Positions 10,647 through 24,585 of a stretch of DNA of 64,000 bases are shown here, piece after piece (position 1 is the first letter of the stretch; each line of letters begins with the position of its first letter). This DNA is from Octopus bimaculoides. Taxonomy: Eukaryota. The notes beneath the pieces were generated by a model. The model was not told the DNA's origin. It searched no databases and was given only the letters and a program-made list of their open reading frames with translations. The stretch is taken from contig NC_068989.1 of NCBI RefSeq assembly GCF_001194135.2, positions 64,929,690 to 64,993,689 on the forward strand, given 5' to 3'. The position numbers were made by a program, and so were the translations under genes.

Positions 10647-13600
10647 AACAACAAACAAGATGAGGACAAATATCCGTCAATTGTAAATAGTGTAAATAAT
10701 GTACATAATTCCTCATCTCTTAAATATAGAACTGTAAATTACATACCAGTTGAGCAATGGGTTCGATGTAATCGATTTCCCCTCTCTAGAACTTGCTGGC
10801 CTTGCACAAGAAGTTGAAAGTAGTATTTCAACTCTTTGATGATTTATTTTAGAAAAACAAAACTATCCACTAAATTACTTTCATTCTTTATAGATAATGT
10901 GAAATGTTATGGTTCAATTCAAATTCAGTTTATTCCCAATTAGGTCAAAAAACTGTATAATCATGCACATATGTAGCCTTTTATTGAAACTCGATTGGCA
11001 TCGCGAATACAGCGCTTCAGTCAAATATTTTAATTAAAATGATACTGACTAATAATTAGAAACCTGCCCGAGAAAAGAAGATGCTATTTATATTGGAAAG
11101 AATTTAATTAATAAACATAATACTTTTTCTTGATTAAGTAAAGTGGCCCTTGGCAGGACTTGGTCGCGTAATATATAGGGAGGAAAAACAAAGAAAGAAA
11201 ACATGCAAATGATAATATTTAATTTCATGTACTACCATTCCGACAAATTTTCTGCAATTTGACTCGGAAATAGATTAGTTTGAAACAGAAAGTATACTTG
11301 TAAGACTAACAATAGCTACGGTTTGTAAGATACACAAAATTCAAACGTACACTAGGATACAATGAAACAGCATACACGCATTACGTATATAGACATGTTA
11401 GAAGTTTGCAAAGACGTTCTGAATAGATATAGATATTTCTGGTAATTTCGTATAATACTTCAAAGCTCGTGGTATACGATGATTGGCATTTTTTAGAAGT
11501 TGAACGTTTATGATGTTCCCGTTTTATATTGTTATAATTATTAATAATACCATCAAAGATTTACGTTCATAATAGGCAGTGTTTGTTACTAATTGTTGAT
11601 TGTGAGTAAATATTGATCAGACTTAGATGCCGTAACTTCTTAGTTTAGAAAGATTTTTTAAAAATTAATATAATATGTAGATATGATATTGATAATGTAT
11701 TCATACATTAAAACTAATTTGGTATTAAGAGGATCAAGATATTTATATTACGTATATACACATGAATACAAAAATAACTTGATATGATGTTTTGTATAGC
11801 AGTTATTGGTTTATGAGATGTGTTTCAAGACACTACGGGATAGACTGATATGTGATACTTCTCGGAACTAGATTCTGCTCTATATTAGATTACTTTGAGA
11901 ATAGGCTTACGAAAGACACACGTTTTCTCTCAATTATAGATGGTTTATCTTAAAATAATGTTCATTGATATGCAGTTAAAATCACCGGTTACATTTGAAA
12001 TGTTTTTCATCACAGGTCAGTTTGATTAGACTTCACTTGAATATAAACAATAATGCCCAATGTCACAAATAGAAACATTTGCTCTAAACATCCCTCCACC
12101 TTCTTGAAGCTGTATATAGAATCACTATGTCACAAAATAAAAATCAGTATGTTTCAGTCCGTCAGTATGTTTCAGTTCAACATGGCTCACTTTAAACAAC
12201 AAATCAAACCGTTTCTTTTTTAAGGTTTAGTCCCTGTCTCTATACTTTTATTTACACTCCGTCTCCTTTCTTGTATTTACAGATTAATGCAAACACAAAT
12301 CTGTAGCAATTCGAACTAAATTTAATCTTAACCAATCATACTATTCCTCTCCTCTAGAAAAAATTACTAAAACATGCCAAACAATGTTTTGGTTGAATTC
12401 CTTCAAAACAAAATCTTTTTTGGGCAGAAGTAAAAAGAATTACAATTTAAAAGTGATTGATTAGCAATGTAAGTAGATACAGAGACTAAATTAAGGTTGA
12501 AGAATATATGTATGCATATATATNNNNNNNNNNTATACACACAAACTGTTTTAAAGAAGTGCGTTTCAAGATGCGAACAACTTTCTGTAAAAGTTTCTTA
12601 GAGGCAAAAGAAGAAAGCATTTAAAAGAAAAAATTTTCAAGAGAAAGATTTTAAATTCAGAAATAATGGAATAATTGATGCACTAAAGATAATGTCAAAA
12701 GTTAAAGCAATACCGATTGGCATACGCTATCAATTTGGTTTAACTGGTTAAAAAGTAACTTTTTGTAATAGCAGTGGAAATTACTCATGCCAATTTTTAA
12801 TAGTAATTTTTTCAAATACGTATGAATGAAGTGCAAAATAATATGTAATCGCTAAAGAAAAGTCTGAAAGTAAATTCAAAATAAATACAGGCTAGTATCG
12901 TATACATTTGGAAAACTGAAATACTCGCAATATACTCAATTACTGAAGTTAATGAATGTCAAAGTTTGCAATGCCTGCACTTCTTAAACTAACAAATCGT
13001 AGGGATCACCCTGATCAGTGAATTTCTTGCCTGTTTCTTTATTAACTGAAAGGTAGTAAAAGAACCCATATAGTTCTTACTTGTTTGTCATGGTATGGGT
13101 AAATTAAAAATGATCAAAGTACAATATTAGAAGTAAACTATACAAAAATAAGGGAGATTGTCTGCCCACGTTTCAATCCTCACGTGTGCCACCGAGGATT
13201 AATTGATGCCAAGTTTCTTCTGATATTTTAGCTACTCTTCACACCAAACTAACTTCAAAGCCCAACAGGATCATCTTTTCCTTTTCTCCTTCCAGGGTCG
13301 ATGAAACTATTACTGGTTAGGTACTTGAATTCTGTGCAAGTGTATTCCTGTAACAAAACTACTTCCTTCTTTCTTGGTGATTAGTGCACCACTATGTTAA
13401 AATCACGATGAATAGTTGTAGGAATTAATGCTACGCAATAAATACCAAGTATTACAGAGATGCATACGTCTACACATAATATACTTGCTTACGTTATTGC
13501 AGTTAACACTTCGGCATTATTTCGTTCCTAATTAAATCAGATAAAATATCTTTAATTAAATCAGATAAAAAAAAACAATAAAATTTGTATTCATCAATTG

Positions 13601-14444
13601 AAATTCAAAATGAAAAGAAACATCTTTATTACATGTCTGTATCTTTTATACTAGAACTTTAATTATTCCTATTACAGGAACATATCCATTACTAATCAAA
13701 GAACACAGCAATAAAAATCCGAAATCTAAAGCAATAGTTTGCTATGCATTACATTTTCCCCCGTTTTATGCTTTTAGATGCGCAGAAAATAAATTTTAAT
13801 TTTATGTTTATGTATGAACTTAAATATCGTTTTCATTATATATATAAAAAATATATTCCATAATTAATTATTTTGATCAAAATATAATTTTTTAAACAAA
13901 GAATTATTATTGAATAAATGGTATATATTGCCATTGAATATACTTGACTTCAATGAATATAAAATTAAAGATATCTCCCAGTGGTACTTCATACTTCTAT
14001 CTGAGATGGGTTTCAACCAGCAAAATTGGTTGTTGTTCAAAACAATTACAACATTTATAGTGCTGTGCTGGTCAAAAGCATTCGGCTCATGGCATAACTT
14101 TGTAGTATAACCAACGCTATTTCATTAAATGTAGTATAGGAATATTTGAATATTATTTTCTAAGCATGATGGTTATAACGTAGTTTCTTTGTTACCTCTA
14201 GCCTGGCTGTCATTTTCTGCTTACAATAGTGACAGGAAAGTATAATTTACAAATAATTGCTTGGGCGTACTGTAAATGGATAAACTCCAAAGTAATACGA
14301 ACTGAAAAAGCTCGAGATAGACAACCAAGGGCGGAGTTATTTTTATTATTTTTCATAGAAATTAGAACGTTACGCAATCAGAAAGGATTCACAAACAAAT
14401 GAATTCTTGGGAATCGAAAATATAATCTTTATCTTTAATCTTTA

Positions 14445-14490
14445 ACTAGTTTCCGCTTGAGAGCTGCGGTCATGCTGGGGCACCACTTGA
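14445..14490 (-). mobile_element. Short family-D SINE 3' fragment
   Basis: gctgcggtcatgctggggcaccac is the reverse complement of the gtgctccagcatggccgcag block at about 16960-16980. Confidence 0.6.
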
Positions 14491-14956
14491 TATAATTAAT
14501 TTTTGAAAGCATTTCATCTATTATTTAATTTCAAAAGTACCCTGTGATAAAAATACCTAGAATTTGTGTGATAATGACTTAAAATAATAAAGTAGAAATA
14601 TTCATATTAACGCTATTGGAAATGGCGGCTTTATTGAAATTTTGCTTCACTAGAAAAGCTATAATCATATAATATCAAACGAACAACAGAGGCACAGGTC
14701 TCTCTTATATTGCAGTGTTTGATGCCTGTAGTACTAGCGCATATTTTTCCATTGATTGATGCTTACGATACGATAACTATTCCAAAGTGCATGCATCCAT
14801 CAATCTCGGTGGAGGGTGCTTCAAACTCACCTGGTGCAATTTCACCTATTTGCTCTCAGCGAGTTTTTCTCCATAACAAAATATAGTGAATGCTTTTCCT
14901 ACAAATTCTATCATATCTCAAACATATTTGAGCTGGTAACAAGTTTTACACACGCA

Positions 14957-15061
<105 letters not shown>

Positions 15062-15357
15062 TTTCTTTCTCTCTCTCACGCACACAGCGATTTATATGTG
15101 TATGTATATATTTGAGTATGCATATTTATGTATCTATGCATATATACATAGTAAAGCTGATATAGTAGTGATGCCAATGGAGGCAGGAACGCATGGAAAT
15201 AGCTGCACGATTGTCATCAGATCACCAAATACTTTTTTGTCTTAACAGCATAGAAATTCTGGAGAAATTTAGCTTCTTGAGCCGTATAGCCGCATGTAGT
15301 TCACTGTGGCTCACACATATACATATAGATAGGTACATACATAGGTATGTATGTATG

Positions 15358-15394
<37 letters not shown>

Positions 15395-16398
15395 TTATAT
15401 TTGTATATGTTATAAATTAGAACAAACAGTAAAAGGTTGTCATTATAGTACTCGGTGTTTCGAATGGTGGAGCGAAGAGCTACGATACAATTTCGTATGC
15501 ATGCAAGCACATATGTGTATATAAGGATGAGGTTGCCTACATATTATATATATATATATATATATATGCACATACATAAATAGGTACACATATACATTTC
15601 CTATCTTTTGTAGCCTTATTGTGTTCTGAAAATTTTTCGTGTCATCTATGGTTGATGCATCAGCAGAAAACAACGAAAGGATATTGTTTAAGATATTTTA
15701 TTATACAAAGACTTCTCAGACAGACCTGGAACTCTTTTGTCTATTTGATATATTAACATTAGTTGCTGATTCTATCGACATTATTAATAACAAAGTCTAG
15801 CGAATACTGTCAACGTTTGAATAGATTTAATTAAACCGATTGTCTGACTTGTAGCTGCAGAATTATTTGGTCACTGGATTTACACGTTTACAGTCTAAAA
15901 ATGTACCTAATTTGTTCTATGCTTCATTGCGTAGATTCCTGCTATTTTATGAAATAATCATACAAACAATATTCTATCCTTCATCTTGATATCGTATCTC
16001 AGATTTATAACAGTTGAAAAATTGTTAAGCCGTGACATTAATATGACGCTTTAATCTGACACTTCTATCGATTTATTGCAAATGAAATCTAACTCGCACA
16101 TTAAATAAAGACACAAATATATTTTTAGATGCGTAATTCATTTGCAACATAGTATTTCTGACAACAATGCTACCTCTTTGACAATAATATGTAAATTAGT
16201 ATCATTGAAGTGTCATAAAAAATGCCACGGTGTATATTAGTAAAACAACACTCTTCTCTCCTCTCCTTCACACACACATTATATAGACATATACATATTC
16301 ATACACACACACGCCTACACACACACATACACACATCCAAACGCACACACACGAACACACACACACAGAGGGAAACTCGCTCGCCCGCATACACACAC

Positions 16399-16457
<59 letters not shown>

Positions 16458-16896
16458 TACACTAGTAGTAGAAAATGTTTGGGGTTCATTGCATGAAGTG
16501 CCGTGTTTAGCTGTGTTATGTCTCAAGCTACTTCTATCTAGCACCTTCGGATGATCTCAACAACTCAACCGCTACACAACTGCTACTCAACAGCTACTCG
16601 ACTGCTACTCAACACTCCTACCACGGTCAGACCACATCTATTTATATGTCTTTGGGAGATCCTACTTCTTCGCCTGGGGGCGTCGACACAACAAGCTGTA
16701 TATATTTTTCTTATATGTTTTCGTGTAATTATGTACATCTTCTTGCATAATATGCATTAAATATTAACCTTTCACTGAATATATAAATCAGCTGTAATGT
16801 TATATTTTCATCGTGCATGATTATATGTGTAACATCCCACATAAATGAATTTCTTACATCAATAACTTTTTGGCCATCGCTTCACTTATATACGTA

Positions 16897-17012
16897 ATAG
16901 AATAAGTACTAGGCTTACAAGGAATAAGTCCTGGGGTCGATTTGCTCGACTTAAGGCGGTGCTCCAGCATGGCCGCAGTCAAATCACTGAAACAAGTAAA
17001 GAGTAAGAGTAC
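16897..17012 (+). mobile_element. Family-D SINE 3' portion
   Basis: tagaataagtactaggcttacaaggaataagtcctggggtcgatttgctcgacttaaggcggtgctccagcatggccgcagtc; homologous to 2612-2825 in reverse. Confidence 0.8.
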
Positions 17013-17299
17013 GTACGTAGTACACACGCGCGCGCAAAATACATATACAAACACAAACACACACATATATATTTATATAGATTAACTTATATGTATATGT
17101 ATGTAGACATATGTATATATATATGTGTGTGTGTGTTTATGTGTGTGAGTGTGTATGCTTGTGTGTGTAGTGAGATATCTGTCCGACTAACGTAAATAGT
17201 GCGCATAATATAAATTCCCCACGTTAGTAAGATTAAATTGTATACATATATTTCGAATTTACAGAATACAAAAGTCGAAGACATGTGAGAGAATGAGAA

Positions 17300-17380
17300 G
17301 CAGGTGTACTAGTTTAAAGCTCGGGAAAAATGGAGAAATATTTGACCATTAGAGCCGACGGTCTTCAACAGAAAGGACTG
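17300..17380 (-). mobile_element. Decayed copy of the hammerhead-bearing element at 29617-29797
   Basis: Aligns to about 29672-29745 (gctcggga...tttgac..tt.gagc..acg.tcttcaacagaaag). CTGTTGA is kept; GAAACGTC has decayed to TAATGGTC. Confidence 0.7.
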
Positions 17381-17456
17381 AGAAGGATAGAATTGGAAAG
17401 AGAACGAAAAGCATGTTGAGAGAAAAAATATTTAGGAATTAGCGGTCCAACAGTGA

Positions 17457-17523
<67 letters not shown>

Positions 17524-18167
17524 GGAGTGTATATATGTTTACATACACATAGATATGTATATGTATATACATGTGTGTATGCGTGATGTGTATGTGTGTG
17601 TGAGTGTGTGGATGCGTGTGCATGTGTGTGTCAATGTGTATTTATGTTTATTAGCAAGATGCCTTATGAAAAGCTTATTCATTTTAGTGTGGAACAGCTA
17701 GCCTAGCGAGACAAATTATTAATTATGCATCGGGATCTCTTGACGGAATAACTACATTCGCTTGAACTTTTAGAAATTGAAACTTAAATCTTCCTCAGAA
17801 TTACACGTCATAAATTATGTTGACTGCATCGTAAATGGTGTCACTGATTTACATCTGCGTGTGTGTGTGTCTCTCTCTCTCTCTATATATATAAGTTGAT
17901 AAATTTCGGAATTATACGTGTGGGCTACTTCAGCTCTCACGCTTCGATTGTGCTGTAACTGGACGTTGTTTAGCGTATCTGAAGGATTGCAGAATTTCTC
18001 CTCCACCCTTTCGCTAACTTCACTGTTCGAGCATGAAACTTAAAGTAGCTCATGTGTAACACCAGAACTTACCCCTTCCTGGAATGAGTACGTTTTTACC
18101 GATTGTATCAACGCAGCACCTACACACCTACACACACATAGACTCAAACTCACGTTCTCTCTCTCTC

Positions 18168-18199
<32 letters not shown>

Positions 18200-19209
18200 C
18201 GCATATTATGTGTGAATGTGTGTATATGTGTACGTGGGTATCTATAGATGGAATGGGCACTACTCGACTGCCTTTGCCTATACGTTAATCAGCTCATTCT
18301 GCAATGATCTTAGACTACACAGTAACAGCACAAACAACATCAACAATTTGAAGTTAATAATGTAATCAGCAAGTTTATATATCCAAGGTTTTCTCTCTCC
18401 GCCAGTTCACTGATATCTTTTGCTGGGCGCAGTGATACCTCTCGTATGAATTTGATAAACAGATAATAACGAACTGAAATGTGCCTGGTGTGACCCATAG
18501 AGTCAACATTTAATAGCAAATATAAAAGATTTGGTCATTTCCTCTTTCAAAGAATCTGACAGATTTTATTACATAATTTATTTTCCCGAAGAATATCGAT
18601 TATTTAAAGCGTCCACTGATACTGTCTGATTGATCGATTGATCATGACTTTGATATTTCATTAATGTTTTTGTATTTTGAGATTAATGTTTGTATTGACA
18701 TTTTTTTTTTATCGATTATGGGATTACTACGAAACCGGCACATTACTATTGGCGATGTCAATGCTTGCTTCCAAATTTAAAAATATATATTCTCGTCCAA
18801 AGTATTAATTAGAAATCTCAGAGTGGAATTAAATAAACGGAATACGTAAAATGTTTCGATAGATGTTTTTATTTTGTTTTTGCATTCGATTTTTTTTAAA
18901 CAAGCCATTACCATAAATATATTGTTTGTGACTACTTATTCCATATATTTCTATCATTTATGATCAGTACAGATTATATATAATTGCGCTTAAAAATATT
19001 TCTATTTGCCCCCTCTTCCACTGTAGACACACATATGATATGTATATGAATATGAATATATATATATATACATATACGTCTATCTATCATCTATCTATCT
19101 GTCTGTCTGTCTGTATGTATGTCTGTCTGTCAGTCTGTCTGTTTATCTGTCTGTCTGTTTGTCAGTCCTCCGTCTGTCTGTCTATCTCTCTATCAATCTA
19201 TTTATCTAC

Positions 19210-19285
<76 letters not shown>

Positions 19286-22200
19286 ACGAGCATAACACAG
19301 ATACTAATATACCTATATACATACAATCATATATATGTAGTAATATTAGTTCTTCATATCAACTCTCTTTTACTCATAAATTCTGTCTCTCCTGTATGAC
19401 TGAATATTTAATATCATCTCTTTCTCCCCATCGCTTTTCATCAGAATTGCTTCTCTTTATATATTTTTTATCTGATATCAGATTGCTACAAAACACTAAA
19501 AATTCAATTCGTCTTTTCACCAAGAGTAGAAATTTGAAGTTAATCTTCTCTTCGTGTTATTCCATTTATTGATATTTTGTTTCTAAAGTATTTCCAAGCG
19601 TGTAAATAGAATATTGATATTGCCATTTCTCCAGAATAATATACATTGTTAATTGAAGAAATTGACATCATTTTTAACCCTTCTTGGAATGTAGCGTTCA
19701 TAAGTTGTATATATAAACAAGAGACTTAATGAAAGTAACCGTTAGTTAAGGGACGATAACCAGGACAGCATCGCCCCTACTATTAACAAAAGAAAGAAGT
19801 GTATGAATATATTTAGAGCCTGTGATCTGCTGTTGGATACATTTTATACTCTTTGCCCAAGTAACTGGCTTTGAATTACTAGATTTACTAAATTCAAAGC
19901 AAATATAATTATAAATGTGTGTAATATTTTTATAAAATCATAAAATGGATTAGACGCCTACTCAGAAATACTAGTGCAAACATATGCTTATGTAAAAATG
20001 CGATAAAACTTTGGTTTCGCCACAATGATTGCACAATAATTCTGATGATCTGTTACACAAAACACTACGCTCCTACCTCTAGTGAATGTAGTAATGGATA
20101 CACAACATCACTCCTTCAAAGATATATAGGAAAACGGAAAAAAAGATTTAGTGGATAACAATAAGGATTGGCTAGGGAGGAAGATGACAGAATCATGATA
20201 GAAAGGTTCAAGGGATTTGCATCTCTTTGTGTATATTTACATTTTCACTAGTGTATATATTTTCATTGATTTCACAATGCTGACTAATCCTTACCGTTCC
20301 CTTCAGAAGAATATGACATATTACACTTTATATTAAGATAAAGATATATGCGTTTTCCGGATGCAAATGTATTTAAAGTTCCAAGAAGATAAGTCTTCCC
20401 TAAGTTCAGTTATTTTGGGCAGATAGGCGAATTTTGGAAATGTAAAATACAACGAGCTGCCATCAAACACAACGAAACGTCGATTTGAACTCGAAACTCT
20501 CGAAGCCATAATAGAAAACACTTTGGCTAACAAAATTGAAATATTGACAGCTACATGAACAGAGAACACGAGATCATAGGTGAATGTTTCACAGACGACA
20601 AACAAGATGAATGAAAACAGTCTGATATCCACTCAAGAAATGACCGGTATAATGCTTTCTTTTATAGATATGCAAGCGCCACTTCATTATAGTCTTCAGA
20701 CGCAGAAAGCTCTTTGCAGATAAAAAAAGATTTATGACTTCTATTTTTACTAGACGTCTATATCCGGCCATATTCTACTGCTTTCTTACTTTATTAGGTG
20801 CATTATATTTTCCGAAGACAATTTCAATGGATGATGTTAGATTTTAATTCGTGACAAGAAATTGGCCCTTGCGATTTAAAACGAAACGATGGTTTTAATA
20901 GCAATAGAATATAGGAGAGTACCATGCTTCGAAATTAGTAGCTGAAACTTCGACCTGCAGGACGGATTCAGAATTCATTACCTGGATAAATCATGCTACT
21001 CCTACACTGCATTCGTGAATCTCTCAGGAATGTCACTAGCTAAGTATTATCTTTAAAACTTGCCGACTTCGATTTCTAGCAACATCGATAAATTTTCATT
21101 TACTGCGTTTCTAAAAGAGGAATTTTGATGCAATTGATAATGGATATCTGATAGGCCAGTCACTAATTTTCGACCCGGGATAGTGTAACTTATGGAAATA
21201 GCGTGAAGCATTACAGATTGAGAATACGGGTAATCCAAAAATGTATCAATTACTTCAGAACAACTGTACATCTGTAGATCGGTAATAGAGAACAGACCCG
21301 TGATGTCAAAGACGCGCGCACGCCACACACACTTACATTACATATGTATGTGTATGTGTAGATGTATGTATATGCAATATAATGCACTTACATAAACACA
21401 CACACATACACACACATAAAAATATACAATCATCTAAACATGCACAGGCACGCGCACACGTACACACATATTCATATATAATCACCCACGTATGCGAACG
21501 TACGCATACACGCACACACGCACATATATAATATATATAAGGCTTAGACATGTATATAAAGCTTAGGCAATAGTTAAGTTGTTAGCTAATGAAGTAGATG
21601 GATGTTTGTCTGTTTGTATTTACAAATATAAATATGTGTTCAAATTCTTGTAATAACTGCTTCCTTTTGAGGATATTTACTCTCCGAACCATATCTAAAA
21701 TTCCATTTCAAGAAATATCGGAAGTTTCTATTTGTCTGCCTATTAGATGATATATTAGATTAAAACTGCTTGTGTGGCTAACATTCTGCAAAAGCATTCA
21801 AGCAATTCAAAACTGAGAAAGCGGAACACTAAAGTTTGATCTATGTCTTCAGAACAATATAACCTACAGCTAAAATTGCTCTTTCGCCTATTGATCGGTT
21901 CAGGTGTTTATTCATTGTTCGATGGAGCAAACCATGAAAAATGACTGTTGGCAGTTCTTTTGTATCGTTGGACTGCAATAGCATCGTCTAAATTCTAAAA
22001 CTTCTTTTATAATCGCTTCCATTGATCATCAAAAGTTTTAATTAAAACAATTTCATTAAGCATTCAGCGCTATCATATATGATAACTAAGAACAACAAAG
22101 CTATGTAAAGATATAAAATCATAATCACCATCAACAATTGTAAAATTTACACCATGAACAATAGAATCAATGCAACAAAGAATATTGTTGTGTATGTGTA

Positions 22201-22753
22201 TGTGTGTAAATATGAAATATATACATACATCAATGTATGTACATATTTCTATCGGATTACAAAAAAATTTTATATCTTTAAATTTCATACAGAACAACAA
22301 CTGCCAAATTCATTAACAATTCCGTTATATTTCGACAAAAATAAATAATATAAAAGCTTTATACCTTTGAGAGAATCTCATGCTCATAGAACTTATTAAC
22401 TGACCGAGAAAAATCCATTAAAATCAACTATCAGAATGGAATCAGTTTCCTCTCTATTGTTATAATATTTCTTGTCTTAAAGGGGCTCCCTCTCATTTTT
22501 GAATAGCAGCTCAGGAAATATATAAATGATATTTATAATATAGATGGCTTTCAAACTGAATCTTATTGAAAATGCTAATCGAACATCCTAGTTCAAATAG
22601 CGATTCCGTAACATGAAGATCAATGTCGCTGAGATACTGATACCGGTAGGATCTAAGTTTGTTTATTTTCAATATAGCATTACAGATAAAAGACGTTTAT
22701 GTGTATGTGTGTGTCCATGCATACATATCTACATTCATATATACATAAATACA

Positions 22754-22789
<36 letters not shown>

Positions 22790-22812
22790 CTATATATCTA
22801 TATATATAGCCA

Positions 22813-22893
<81 letters not shown>

Positions 22894-23556
22894 GTATGCG
22901 CGTGTGTGCGTGTATGTGTTTGTGTGTATATGTATATATTTATATATGTATGTGTGTGCGTACGTGTACCTATGTATGTATGGAAGTACAAGAGCGAGTA
23001 AACAAACAAAAGAAGTTGGCACTCAAAGCATTTGGTAAGAGTTACATATAACTGGCACTCAGTTGGGCTGAGAACTTCAGTTTGAACAATTTTCCTGATG
23101 TTTCATAGATGCTTTTATGAAAATCATTCAATTGTTAAACATAAATAAATCTTGGAAGCAAATGGTTTTGATTTACTCTCAGGTGACTTTGGACCAAATA
23201 AAGAAAGCTAGTTCAGCTATATGTGTGCGCGCGCATGTGTATAATACGACTAAGGTAAAACAGTACAGAAATCTTGTTCGTGTAGATAAAGATTATTTAA
23301 TCCATTGCAATGTCCACAGAATCGACTGGTTTCACTTCGTTAATCATGATTCAATGTTATGAAATCATAATCAGTTTTTGATTTAATCTTCCCCCTTTTT
23401 CTGGTTGTTTTTTTTATTTCTGAAGTCCATTATATATTCATGTTGAGTTCTGGTTCGTATTTTTCAATTAATATAGCCTCTTTATTTAGTTGTTGTTGAG
23501 TTGAGATCCTTTCCGTGCATAGGTATAGTGGGAATATTTTGAATTGTGGTTGGCGT

Positions 23557-23565
23557 TCCTTAGCA

Positions 23566-23638
<73 letters not shown>

Positions 23639-23731
23639 GACCACTGAGTGATATGTGTTCCTTAGCACATCTAAGGAATGTACTTTAGCACAATCCTTAG
23701 AACATCTGTCGATGTGATCACTGAGTGGTAT
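23557..23731. repeat. Short direct repeats, with (ATCT)18 inside the first copy
   Basis: TCCTTAG-ca(t/c)ATCT...TGA(c/t)CACTGAGTG(a/g)TAT recurs; (ATCT)n spans 23567-23638. Confidence 0.7.
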
Positions 23732-24378
23732 CCGACGTTATTGGGGGGTGGGGGTGGATTTGCTGTCTGTGTAGATCTACGTATTAGGGAATCCCTGTTG
23801 AACCTATATAGTTTCCTACGGCAGCCGGAACATTTGATGTTGTAGATGATAGATATTTTCAGAGGTGCATGTGAAGTCAGTTTCAATTTTAAATTTTTGT
23901 CCTGGTTTAAAATGGATTTTTGAGCCTCCACTATGTTGGGACATGTTACACAATTCAGCCGTCCACATTTTTTAAACTTTTGCTTCCGTTACTTTTGAGT
24001 ATAGTTTTGCATTTGCAAGTGTCCGCTTTAGTGGTTTTGTGGTAGTTTAGAAGAATGACGCTACAGTAGTGTTTATCAGCATTCCGTTAAGAGAATTAAG
24101 GTCAAATTTTTTCGGGATAGGATTTTAGTCTATGGCAGAAAACTTTATCCAACAACAGAAACTACACTGGAAACCTATTTGTAGTTTCCCACACATTCCT
24201 AGAACTTTCCAGACCAATGTTACTAATGCAGTTTTTATTCCTTTTGAATTACTGAAAGGAGACAACTGCAAATAATACATTGCACTAGCTTGCTTTAAAT
24301 AATTCTAGTGACGTGGACTGGGCTTTTGAACAATGAGAAGCTACTTTCTGTACATCATTGTATTTATTAGCTGTTACA

Positions 24379-24585
24379 GGGTGGCAAGCTGACTGAAGCC
24401 TCAGAGCAGCAGAAGAATGCTTTGTTGTACTTCTTTCTCCCCTCACTTTCTGTTTCGTGATCAAATTTCGCCGAGGTCCACTTCAACTTCCCATCTATAC
24501 AGGGTCGATATACTACAGTACTAAAATAAGTACCTGGGTCGATGTTATCGACTAAACGCCTCCCCTCAGTATTGCTGGTCTTCTG
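24379..24585 (+). mobile_element. Diverged family-A SINE
   Basis: tcaaatttcgccgaggtc...agggtcgata...aataagtac..gggtcgatgttatcgact blocks. Confidence 0.7.

Larger units (their letters stand above)
10218..10736. mobile_element. Fold-back (inverted-duplicated) tRNA-derived SINE; arms 10218-10435 and 10450-10700, 14-nt loop, unpaired 3' tail 10701-10736, flanked by a target-site duplication
   Basis: Arms are reverse complements with about 16 substitutions plus an (AAT)n/(AAC)n length difference. B-box GAGTTCGATTCC in the right arm. Flanks AAATACATACCA (10206-10217) and AATTACATACCA (10737-10748). Confidence 0.9.
10150..10822 (+). mobile_element. Family-A SINE split in two (about 10150-10217 and 10749-10822) by an inserted palindromic element
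   Basis: Left half (tttgcctttcatcc...catacca) and right half (gttgagca...tcgatgtaatcga...tgctggccttg) join into the same order as the intact copy at 56992-57178. Confidence 0.8.

Noticed and set aside
13275-13325. Plus-strand acceptor and donor-like micro-exon
   Set aside because: Resembles a decayed family-A SINE core and lies on the non-coding strand.
18700-18745. cgaaaccgg near a gattatgg segment as a decayed hammerhead
   Set aside because: Core too degenerate to support.
20333-20632. 99-aa minus ORF and nearby donor-like site at 20294
   Set aside because: No recognisable homology; the phase-0 frame at the donor has a stop 11 codons upstream and no ATG.
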